Assembly (NCBI GenBank): GCA_963741945.1
Contig: CAVUKA010000006.1
Location: forward strand, 32,001-96,000
Reading direction: 5' to 3'
Source: an uncultured Gemmatimonadales bacterium
GTDB taxonomy: Bacteria > Gemmatimonadota > Gemmatimonadetes > Longimicrobiales > RSA9
DNA: 64,000 nt
The position numbers and the translations under genes were made by a program. This document shows, piece after piece, positions 57,601-64,000 of the stretch. Below the pieces are notes generated by a model that had not been told where the DNA came from, did not search any database, and saw only the letters and a program-made list of their open reading frames with translations. Numbering within the stretch: position 1 is the first letter of the stretch; every line of letters starts with the position of its first letter.

Positions 57601-59267
57601 TCGTCCAGCTCCCCCACGCGTGGACCACCCTCGCCCAGGAATACGCCGAACAGCCCCCGGTCCGGGATCGTGCCCGCGTTCACCGCCGCCAGCATGCGCG
57701 ATCCGCGCCGCCCCTCGATCACGTCCCGCTCACGGTCCCAGTGGATCCGGGGACGGAGCTCCGAGAACTCGTGCGAAGGGTAGAGCCCGGACAGCATGTC
57801 CAGCACGCCCGTGAGCGCCGCGTCCGGCAGCTCCCGGAAGCTGGCGGAGCGGCGCACCACGGCAGCCAGCTCGGCCACCGGCCACGGCCGCGTCGACGCC
57901 ATGGCCACCACCTGCTGCGCCAGCACGTCCAACGGGTTGCGCGGGACCCGCAGCGCTTCGATCGCCCCCTCCCGCATGCGCCGGGCGACGATCGTCGCTT
58001 CCAGCAGATCCCCGCGGTGCTTCGGGAACACGCGCCCCTTGCTCGGCTCGCCCACGTGGTGGCCCGCGCGACCCACCCGCTGGAGCCCGCTCCCGACGCT
58101 GCCGGGGCTCTCCACCAGGATCACCAGGTCCACGGCCCCCATGTCGATCCCCAGCTCCAGCGAGCTCGTGGCCACGATCGCCGGCAGGCGCCCCGCCTTC
58201 AACGCTTCCTCGATCTCATGCCGCTGCTCGTGGGCCAGGCTCCCGTGGTGCGCCCGCACCAGCTCCTCCCCCGCCAGCTCGTTCAGCCGCTGCGCCAGGC
58301 GCTCGCACAGGCCGCGGCTGTTCACGAACACGAGCGTCGTCCGGTGCGCCCGGATCAGCTTCAGGATCTCCGGATAGACGGCCGGCCAGATCCCGTGCCG
58401 GGGCGCCGGCTCCTCCTCGTCCAGCTCGAGCACCCCGCCGCCCGCTTCACCGTCACCCACGGCCCCGGCGCGGCCACCCTCCACCACCGGCCGCGTCATG
58501 TCCTCCACGGGGACCACCACCTCCAGCTCCAGCGCAGGCGGCACGTGCGTGTCCACGATGCTCACCGGCCTGTCCCCGCCCAGGAAGCGCGCCACCTCCT
58601 CGGCGGGACGCGCCGTGGCCGACAGCCCGATCCGCTGCGGGTCCGTGTCCGCCGCCGCCGCCAGCCGCTCCAGGGAAAGCGCCAGGTGAGCGCCGCGCTT
58701 CGTGGCCGCCATGGCGTGGATCTCGTCCACGATCACCCACCGCACCGTCCGGAACGTCTCCCGCGCCTGCGAGCCGAGCAGCAGGTACAGCGATTCCGGC
58801 GTGGTCACCAGGATCTCCCCCGGATCCCGCTTCTGCCGGCGACGGTCCGCCTGCGACGTGTCGCCCGTCCGCACGTCCACCCGGGGCGCGCGGAACGGCT
58901 CGCCCAGCTGCGCCGCCGCCCGCTCCATCCCCGCCAGCGGCGTGCGCAGGTTCCGCTCGATGTCGTACACCAGCGCCTTCAACGGCGAGACGTAGACGAC
59001 GCGCACCCCCGGCCCACCCCCCGCCCCCTCGCCGCCGGGGTCGCCACCGCTCCCGTCCCCATCCGTCCCGGCAGCCCCCGCATCCGCTCGCCCGAGCTGG
59101 TCCAGCGCGTACAGGAACGCGGCCAGCGTCTTCCCGCTGCCGGTGGGCGCGATCAGCAGCGTGTGCGCCCCCGTCCGGATCCGCTCCCACCCCTCCACCT
59201 GCACGGGCGTGGGCCCGGCGAACGCGGTGTCGAACCAGCGGCGGGTGGCTTCCGTGAAGTAGTCCAA
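54681..59267 (-). CDS. lhr: Full-length Lhr family ATP-dependent helicase (about 1500 aa, with C-terminal winged-helix/glycosylase-like region)
   Basis: APTGSGKT, SPLKAL, TTPESL, DEIH, LSAT, HHGSL, LELGIDMG, QRVGRAGH, VRRGYFVEGLGGAQFA. Likely TTG start at 59267; the track ORF extends to 59396. Confidence 0.95.
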   Translation of the reverse strand: MDYFTEATRRWFDTAFAGPTPVQVEGWERIRTGAHTLLIAPTGSGKTLAAFLYALDQLGRADAGAAGTDGDGSGGDPGGEGAGGGPGVRVVYVSPLKALVYDIERNLRTPLAGMERAAAQLGEPFRAPRVDVRTGDTSQADRRRQKRDPGEILVTTPESLYLLLGSQARETFRTVRWVIVDEIHAMAATKRGAHLALSLERLAAAADTDPQRIGLSATARPAEEVARFLGGDRPVSIVDTHVPPALELEVVVPVEDMTRPVVEGGRAGAVGDGEAGGGVLELDEEEPAPRHGIWPAVYPEILKLIRAHRTTLVFVNSRGLCERLAQRLNELAGEELVRAHHGSLAHEQRHEIEEALKAGRLPAIVATSSLELGIDMGAVDLVILVESPGSVGSGLQRVGRAGHHVGEPSKGRVFPKHRGDLLEATIVARRMREGAIEALRVPRNPLDVLAQQVVAMASTRPWPVAELAAVVRRSASFRELPDAALTGVLDMLSGLYPSHEFSELRPRIHWDRERDVIEGRRGSRMLAAVNAGTIPDRGLFGVFLGEGGPRVGELDEEMVHESRPGQTFTLGASTWRIQEITRDRVLVAPAPGEPGRLPFWKGEGPGRPLELGRALGAFTRELATMDEDDAVARLTGEHDLDPRAARNLVDYLAEQREATGTLPTDRDITVERFRDELGDWRVCIMTPFGARVHAPWALAIRGIVSERVGYDVQAVWNDDGIVLTIADGDELPGADLLIPDEEELEERLLEELARSPLFASQFRENAARALLLPRRRPGQRTPLFAQRLRAQKLMSVAMQYPSFPIVMETFRSCLQDVFDVPALREVLRSVDRREVRVHEAETWSASPFARSLVYAYVAAYLYEGDSPAAERRAQALSVDVKLLRELLGEADLRELLDADVIAEVEAQLQRRMESRRARHADALHDVLRELGDLADDELRERAAEDPAPWLDELERARRAVRVRVGGRDTWIAVEDAGLYRDALGTAPPPGVAAVFLEPVERPVEALLLRWARTHGPFTPPEVAVRWGLVPAQVRVLLEAVTAEERLLRGEFTPGVAGEEWVHPDVLRQLKRRTIARLRGEVAPVPAAVLGRFLPAWHRAAGDPHERLEEAVAQLEGIPLSYRDLVRMILPSRVRGFRPSQLDELGAMGWLVWVGHSPVRGDDGRIVLYRRDRVDRLLAPPSDEDAAERVDGFNGRHRAILEHLDRRGASFHGELVAAVTEAGAGDGGPADDGEARILEATWDLVWAGLVTNDTFAALRHLSAAAGSKAGRSRPARGGRAHGRPRARRRPAWMAALPLHAGGVGTPGPGGRWSLVRDLVRAPVSTTARAAAWASTLLDRHGLVARETAAVEALGGGFSSVYRVLRSMEDAGKVRRGYFVEGLGGAQFAYPGLVDRLRGIRDEEGDEAVVVLAASDPSNPYGWLLPWPEPTDSRGRPPTRSTGAVVVLAGGAPVLFLDRKGRRLRTFATASKEAVARAVPALRQVARRHPRGVISLEEVDGQPAFRSSLKPVLVKAGYVPDYRFIRITGD

Positions 59268-59358
59268 GGTGCTCCGGTCGGCTTCGTCCCTTGCGCGCGC
59301 GTGCGAACCTCCTACACCACCCCACACACCCGGGTCCGCGCCCGTCCGCCGCCCGCCA

Positions 59359-59394
59359 TTGAGCATCCCGCTCCTTCCCGCTATCCTCCGCCCC
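59359..59394 (+). promoter_or_regulatory. Putative leaderless promoter of the lmtA-like gene
   Basis: TTGAGC-N17-TATCCT-N7-ATG, no SD. Confidence 0.55.
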
Positions 59395-60135
59395 ATGCTT
59401 CGTGACTCGCTCGTACGCCAGGGGAACTGGCTCTTCCGGTGGCGCAGCTACCTTCCGGTGCCGCTCCTGGTCGGCCTCATCATCTGGGTCGCCTTCGCCC
59501 CCGACACCCTCGCCGCGGCCATGGGCGCCACCGCGTGGCAGGCACTCTGCCTCGCCGTCGGGGCCGCCGGCCTCGCCATCCGCGTCTGGGTGGCCGGCCA
59601 GGTCCCCAAGGGGACCTCCGGACGCAACACGAAAGTGGGACAGGTGGCCGATACCCTGAACAGCACCGGCCCCTATTCCCTCCTCCGACACCCGCTCTAC
59701 GTCGGCAACTTCCTCATGTGGATGGCCGTGGCGCTCTTCACTCGGACGCCCTGGGCCATCCTCCTCGCCGCCGCCTTCTTCTGGTTCGTCTACGAACGCA
59801 TCATGCTCGCCGAAGAAGACTTCCTGCGCGGGAAGTTCGGCGACCGCGTCCAGGCATGGGCCGACCGGACTCCCGCCGTGATCCCCGCCTTTCCCCACTG
59901 GCGCCCCGCCGACCTGCCATTCTCCTGGAAGACCGCGCTCCGCCGCGAGTACTCCGGCATGTTCGGCCTCGTGGCCGCCCTCGCCGTCATGGAGGTGGTC
60001 CGCGAGCTCAACATCGCCGGCACGGTCTGGCTCACCCCACTCTGGCGCGTGGTCCTCCCCACCGCCGCGTTCCTCTACATCCTCCTCCGCACCCTCAAGC
60101 GCCGCACACGCCTCCTCAGCGTCGAGGGCCGCTGA
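59395..60135 (+). CDS. lmtA: ICMT-family membrane methyltransferase, lipid A 1-phosphate methyltransferase LmtA-like
   Basis: QGNWLFRWRSYLP, GTSGRNT, QVADTLN, RHPLYVGN, YERIMLAEEDFL, LRREY. Confidence 0.75.
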   Translation: MLRDSLVRQGNWLFRWRSYLPVPLLVGLIIWVAFAPDTLAAAMGATAWQALCLAVGAAGLAIRVWVAGQVPKGTSGRNTKVGQVADTLNSTGPYSLLRHPLYVGNFLMWMAVALFTRTPWAILLAAAFFWFVYERIMLAEEDFLRGKFGDRVQAWADRTPAVIPAFPHWRPADLPFSWKTALRREYSGMFGLVAALAVMEVVRELNIAGTVWLTPLWRVVLPTAAFLYILLRTLKRRTRLLSVEGR

Positions 60136-60179
60136 CCCGCCTTACCCCCGACGGCTGAACCCTCCATCCCCCATCCACC

Positions 60180-60228
60180 GCCCACACTTGCGCCCACACT
60201 TGCGCCCATATATAGAATGTCGATATAT
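60180..60228 (+). promoter_or_regulatory. Promoter/operator of the PadR operon: 12-bp tandem duplication plus AT-rich imperfect palindrome
   Basis: GCCCACACTTGC x2 (each copy supplies TTGCGC); ATATATAGA-ATG-TCGATATAT at 60208-60228 (8 of 9 positions symmetric). Confidence 0.6.
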
Positions 60229-60257
60229 ATAGATAACACCACGCCCACCCCCTCGCC

Positions 60258-60626
60258 ATGACCGATACCTACGACAGCCAGTCCCTGGGACGCCGCATCA
60301 ACGAGCTGCTCATCCTGGACGCGCTCTGCGGCGGGAGCCGTCACGGCTATCAGATCGCCCTCGAGATCGAGGAGCGGAGCGGCGGCTATTTCCCCTTCAA
60401 GCACGGAACGCTCTACCCGATCCTGCACCGGCTCGAGCAGGAGGGCTGGATCGCCGGCCGGTGGTCGGATCCGGCGGAAGGAAGGGCGCGGAAGGAGTAC
60501 GCGCTCACGGAGGCGGGGGCCGCGGCGCTGGCGGAGCTCCGCGAGGAGTGGCGCACGTTGAAGACTCGACTGGATCACATGCTGGCGGGAGGGAGCGATG
60601 GACAGGTTCGCACCGGCGCTGCGTAG
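60258..60626 (+). CDS. PadR family transcriptional regulator
   Basis: LLILDAL, HGYQI, GTLYPILHRLEQEGWI, RKEYALTEAG. Confidence 0.95.
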   Translation: MTDTYDSQSLGRRINELLILDALCGGSRHGYQIALEIEERSGGYFPFKHGTLYPILHRLEQEGWIAGRWSDPAEGRARKEYALTEAGAAALAELREEWRTLKTRLDHMLAGGSDGQVRTGAA

Positions 60627-61467
60627 GGTCGCGCGGGATCTGGATCTCCCCCGGAGTGCCCGGTCGGCGATCCTGGGGGAGATGGCGGCCGACCTGGAGG
60701 CGGTGTACGCGCACCATCGGGCGCGTGGGGCGGACGAGGCGGAAGCCATGCGACGCGCCGAGGAGACGATCCTGGGCGGAGCCGAGGTCATGCAGCGGCT
60801 GGGTCGGCTGCACCGGGGGACGTGGCGGGCGTGGTCGGCGAACCTGGGGGCGCGCCTCAGCGGAGGCGGAGACCTCGTGGTGCTGGCCACGGGCGTGGTC
60901 CCGGTGCTCGCGCTGGCCGGCGTCGCCGCGGCGAAGTCGCTTCCCACTTCCGGTCCGCTGGCGTGGGCGGTGGGTGCGCTGGGCGCCGCGCTCGTGGCGC
61001 TGATCGTGGCGGAGGCGGCGCGCCTCGCCAGCGGCGCGCCGGCGCGGATGGGGCGGCTCTCGGCGCTGCTCGTGCTTTCGGCGCTCGCTCCCACGATCGG
61101 CGCACTGGCGCTCACGCTCGGGCTGTTCTCCGCCGCGCGGGCCATGGCGCAGGGCGCCGGTGGCCCGCCGGTCCGGCTGGTCCTGGCCGCGCACGTGGCC
61201 GGCGACGGCGCCACGCTGCTGCTCGGGCTGCTCTTCGGCATCGCCGGGATGCTTGCCTGGTTCATCCTTCTGAGCCGTTCGGCGGCGCAGACCGCCCGCG
61301 ACGTGGACACGCTCCTGGAGGAAGCGGCGGGCGGCGTTCCGAGCGCCGCCGGGAAGGGCGCGGAGGCGGCAACCGCTCACGAAGGCCGCGGGCCCGGGGA
61401 GGGGGGAACCGGGCGGCCCGGCCGTACAAACGACATCGTTCCCCTCAGGAGAGGGAGGTCGACATGA
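60598..61467 (+). CDS. Membrane protein with N-terminal HAAS/permease-prefix-like helical domain and about 4 TM segments
   Basis: RSAILGEMAADLE...GADEAEAMRRA followed by hydrophobic helices; overlaps padR. Confidence 0.7.
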   Translation: MDRFAPALRRVARDLDLPRSARSAILGEMAADLEAVYAHHRARGADEAEAMRRAEETILGGAEVMQRLGRLHRGTWRAWSANLGARLSGGGDLVVLATGVVPVLALAGVAAAKSLPTSGPLAWAVGALGAALVALIVAEAARLASGAPARMGRLSALLVLSALAPTIGALALTLGLFSAARAMAQGAGGPPVRLVLAAHVAGDGATLLLGLLFGIAGMLAWFILLSRSAAQTARDVDTLLEEAAGGVPSAAGKGAEAATAHEGRGPGEGGTGRPGRTNDIVPLRRGRST

Positions 61468-61850
61468 CCCGTGTATTCTGGAGTGGAGGACCGATCATGT
61501 GGCCGCTGGCGGCGGTGGCGCTCGGCGTGACCCTCTGGGCGGTCCTCGGCGCGGCGGGGCTCTTCCGTGAGCGCGCCGCGGGTGTGGAGGGGGCCCGACG
61601 GAAGCGCGGAGCGCTCCTGTTCTGGGGCGCCATGGCCATCGTTCTGGGCGCCCTCGGCACGCTCGTCGGCCTGATCGACATGGCGCAGGCCGTCCAGCGC
61701 GCCGGCGCGGTGAGTGAGGCGCTGGTCTGGGGCGGCGTCTCCGTGGCGCTCATCAGCCTGGCCTTCGGCCTCCTGATCTTCCTCCTCGCCGGGACGTTCT
61801 GGGTGCTCCTCAGCGCCGGAATCCGATGGGCCGAGCGCCAGGCCGCCTGA
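61464..61850 (+). CDS. Short MotA/TolQ/ExbB-like 3-TM protein
   Basis: GGPIMWPL, LGALGTLVGLIDMAQAV, GGVSVALISLAFGL; GGGAGG SD; ATGA overlap. Confidence 0.78.
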   Translation: MTRVFWSGGPIMWPLAAVALGVTLWAVLGAAGLFRERAAGVEGARRKRGALLFWGAMAIVLGALGTLVGLIDMAQAVQRAGAVSEALVWGGVSVALISLAFGLLIFLLAGTFWVLLSAGIRWAERQAA

Positions 61851-61870
61851 TCCGGCGCCGCCGGATCCGG

Positions 61871-62725
61871 TCAGCGATTGACGGTGATGTGGAAGACCGG
61901 CTGGAGCCGCTCCAGCGTCACCAGCACCTCGCCGCGCGACTGCGCCTGCCGCATCGCGTCGGCGAGGACCGCTTCCAGCTCCCGTGACTTCCGCGCCGCG
62001 ACGCGTTCCAGCGTGCGACGCGCCACGGCCTCCAGCCACGGGCGGGCCGGCCGTGGCGCGTCCTCGATCGCGTCGGCCACGGGGCCGGGCAGCTCCAGCG
62101 GCGCCGCGTACCCCGAGTACGCCACGTCCACCGTGGTCCCGTATTCGTGGGCGCTCGCGCCGGCCGCCGCGTTCACGTTCGTCCGCCGCAGCGCCGCCTG
62201 GTCCGCCGCGGTTCGCAGCGCGCTCGTGATCTCCATCCGGTACGGCGGCAGCCCCATCTCCCGCAGGCGACGCTGGAACCCCCCTCCGATCCGCTCCAGC
62301 AGCGACTTCGCGGCCGGCGTGACGTACGGGCGCGAGGACTCCAGATCCCGGACCACCCAGAGCCCCCCGTCCTCGAGCTTCACCAGCCGCCCGGCCCCCA
62401 CCAGCTGCTCGAGCTCCGCTTCGTCGCGCGCGCGGACGCCGAGCCGCCGCGCGCGCGCCAGGTTGTCCGCGTTCGAGTAGCGCCGCAGCGCCGCCTTCTG
62501 CGCCGGCCGCAGGAGCTCCACGGGCTGGAGCCGCTCGCGAATGCTGTCCGCCAGCGTTCCCGACCGCTTCACCACCGTCTCGAGCGCCGCCTGCATCCGG
62601 CTGCCCGTCGTGTCGGCGGCGGCGGTGTCCGGCGCCTCGCCCGCGCGAGACGCGCCGCTCCCTCCTCCACCACACGCCGCCAGCAGCGCCGTCGCGAGCC
62701 ACCCTGCCCGCCTGACTGCTGTCAT
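61871..62725 (-). CDS. DUF5715-like lipoprotein (M15/Hedgehog peptidase-like motif)
   Basis: Lipobox LLAAC; ITSALRT...NVNAA...SAHEYGTTVDV; QPVFHITV. Confidence 0.75.
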   Translation of the reverse strand: MTAVRRAGWLATALLAACGGGGSGASRAGEAPDTAAADTTGSRMQAALETVVKRSGTLADSIRERLQPVELLRPAQKAALRRYSNADNLARARRLGVRARDEAELEQLVGAGRLVKLEDGGLWVVRDLESSRPYVTPAAKSLLERIGGGFQRRLREMGLPPYRMEITSALRTAADQAALRRTNVNAAAGASAHEYGTTVDVAYSGYAAPLELPGPVADAIEDAPRPARPWLEAVARRTLERVAARKSRELEAVLADAMRQAQSRGEVLVTLERLQPVFHITVNR

Positions 62726-62867
62726 CCCTTTCTCCTCCTCCCACTCCCGCTCCCCGTCAAGGGTCGACGGTCAGCGTCAACGGCTCACGGTTGACCTTTG
62801 CCGCCATCCGGTTAACGGTTCCCGAGCAACGCTCGTCGGTTTCCGGTTCCCCCGAGCCGCTCGTGCC

Positions 62868-64000
62868 ATGCCCCGGATCCTGCTCGCCATCGTGGCCGCC
62901 ACGGCCGCCGTCGCACTGACCACCCCCGCCCCCGCGGCCGCGCAGGCGTCGCCGTTCGAGCCCGGACCGTGGCAGCGGGTGGACACACGGCACTTCACGT
63001 TCCTGTTCCCCGACGACCTGGCCGACTGGACGCTCCCCATGGCACGGCGCATGGAATCCGTGCACGACGCCGTGGAGGCGTTCGTCGGTCACGCCCCCGA
63101 ATCGCGCACCACCGTGCTGGTGGACGATCCCGGGAATGTCTCCAACGGCTCCATGGTGCCGGGTCCCCTCCTCTTCCTCTGGCCCACGCCCCCGGGCCCG
63201 CGCTCCGTCATCGGCGAGAACCGGGGCTGGAGCGAGATCCTGGCCGTGCACGAGTTCACGCACGCGGCGCACCTCACCCGCCGGTCCCGCAACCCGGTGA
63301 CACGGGCGCTCTGGAGCCTGATCCCGATCCCGGTCACGCGGTTCATGGCCACCACGCCCCGCTGGGTCACGGAGGGGTACGCCACGTACGTGGAGGGGAA
63401 GCTGACGGGGAGCGGTCGGCCGCATGGCGCCTGGCGCGCGGCCGTGCTCCGCACGTGGGCCCTCGACGGGGAACTCCCCTCCTACCGCGCCATGAGCGGG
63501 ACGGGCGGGTACTGGGGCGGCTCCATGGCCTACCTCGTCGGCTCCGCGTACCTGCAATGGCTCGTGCAGCGGGAAGCCCGGGGCGAGCAGGTGCTTCCGG
63601 ACCTCTGGGCTCGCCTGAGCGCGCGCCAGGTGCGCGGCTTCGGTGACGCCTTCGGCGGCGTGTTCGGCGCCCTGCCGGAAGAGCTCTACGGCCATTTCAA
63701 GGTGGCCGTCACCGGGGACGCCCTCGCCGTTCGCGCCGCCGTGGAGGCCGCCGGCGGTCCCGTGCAGGGACGCCTCTTCCAGCGCCTGGACGGCTCCACC
63801 GGTGACCCCGCCGTCTCCCCCGACGGGCGGCACATGGCCGTCGTGCTCCGCCCCGAGAGCGAGCCCTCGCGGTTGGTGGTCATCTCCACCACCCCCGACA
63901 CCCTCACCGTGGAAGAACGGGAAGCGCGCGAGCACGTGTTCGAGCGCGATCCCCAGGACGTTCGCCCCGTGGAAGGCTACCCGCGCGCCCAAGAGCCCGT
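62868..64000 (+). CDS. Secreted protein with HExxH (gluzincin-like) domain followed by TolB/PD40-like repeats, 3'-truncated
   Basis: Translated by hand (absent from the track): MPRILLAIVAA signal, TRHFTFLF, AVHEFTHAAH, PRWVTEGYATY, PAVSPDG. Confidence 0.85.
   Translation, partial: MPRILLAIVAATAAVALTTPAPAAAQASPFEPGPWQRVDTRHFTFLFPDDLADWTLPMARRMESVHDAVEAFVGHAPESRTTVLVDDPGNVSNGSMVPGPLLFLWPTPPGPRSVIGENRGWSEILAVHEFTHAAHLTRRSRNPVTRALWSLIPIPVTRFMATTPRWVTEGYATYVEGKLTGSGRPHGAWRAAVLRTWALDGELPSYRAMSGTGGYWGGSMAYLVGSAYLQWLVQREARGEQVLPDLWARLSARQVRGFGDAFGGVFGALPEELYGHFKVAVTGDALAVRAAVEAAGGPVQGRLFQRLDGSTGDPAVSPDGRHMAVVLRPESEPSRLVVISTTPDTLTVEEREAREHVFERDPQDVRPVEGYPRAQEP

Noticed and set aside
54681..59267. Lhr as an anti-phage defence helicase
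   Set aside because: It has the ordinary full-length DNA-repair Lhr architecture, normal GC and no defence-island neighbours.
1..64000. rRNA, tRNA, IS elements or horizontally acquired low-GC islands
   Set aside because: No such signatures seen. Composition looks uniform apart from short promoter patches. A covariance-model scan was not possible.

Overview
A 64-kb, very GC-rich (about 70% by eye), gene-dense chromosomal segment of a diderm bacterium. Gene content suggests a Gemmatimonadota-like organism; this is inference only. It holds about 52 real CDSs. Most other long ORFs in the track are antisense or off-frame shadows. I found no rRNA, tRNA, CRISPR array, transposase, integrase or prophage. 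Recognisable content: a hybrid sensor kinase; a thioredoxin-VKOR fusion; a molybdo-hydroxylase accessory cluster (2Fe-2S subunit, MocA, XdhC split into two genes with a repeat element between them); ATL, ThiI, two MFS transporters and a diguanylate cyclase; a two-subunit NAD-dependent formate dehydrogenase; envelope enzymes (DUF1460, L,D-transpeptidase, S41 protease, LmtA-like methyltransferase); a TreT-like glycosyltransferase; an M19 dipeptidase-DUF2911 fusion; two divergent CLC proteins; two YihY paralogs (one frameshifted); DUF763; a GNAT next to an ATP-grasp/SET-domain fusion; a desaturase; a Co/Ni ECF transporter; TesB, USP and HAD proteins; a full-length Lhr helicase; and a PadR operon with ExbB-like membrane proteins. 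The most notable items are the GNAT plus ATP-grasp-SET unit, a recurring leaderless promoter architecture, the PadR/HAAS/ExbB-like operon, the split XdhC with an inverted-repeat element, and the non-canonical CLC pair.
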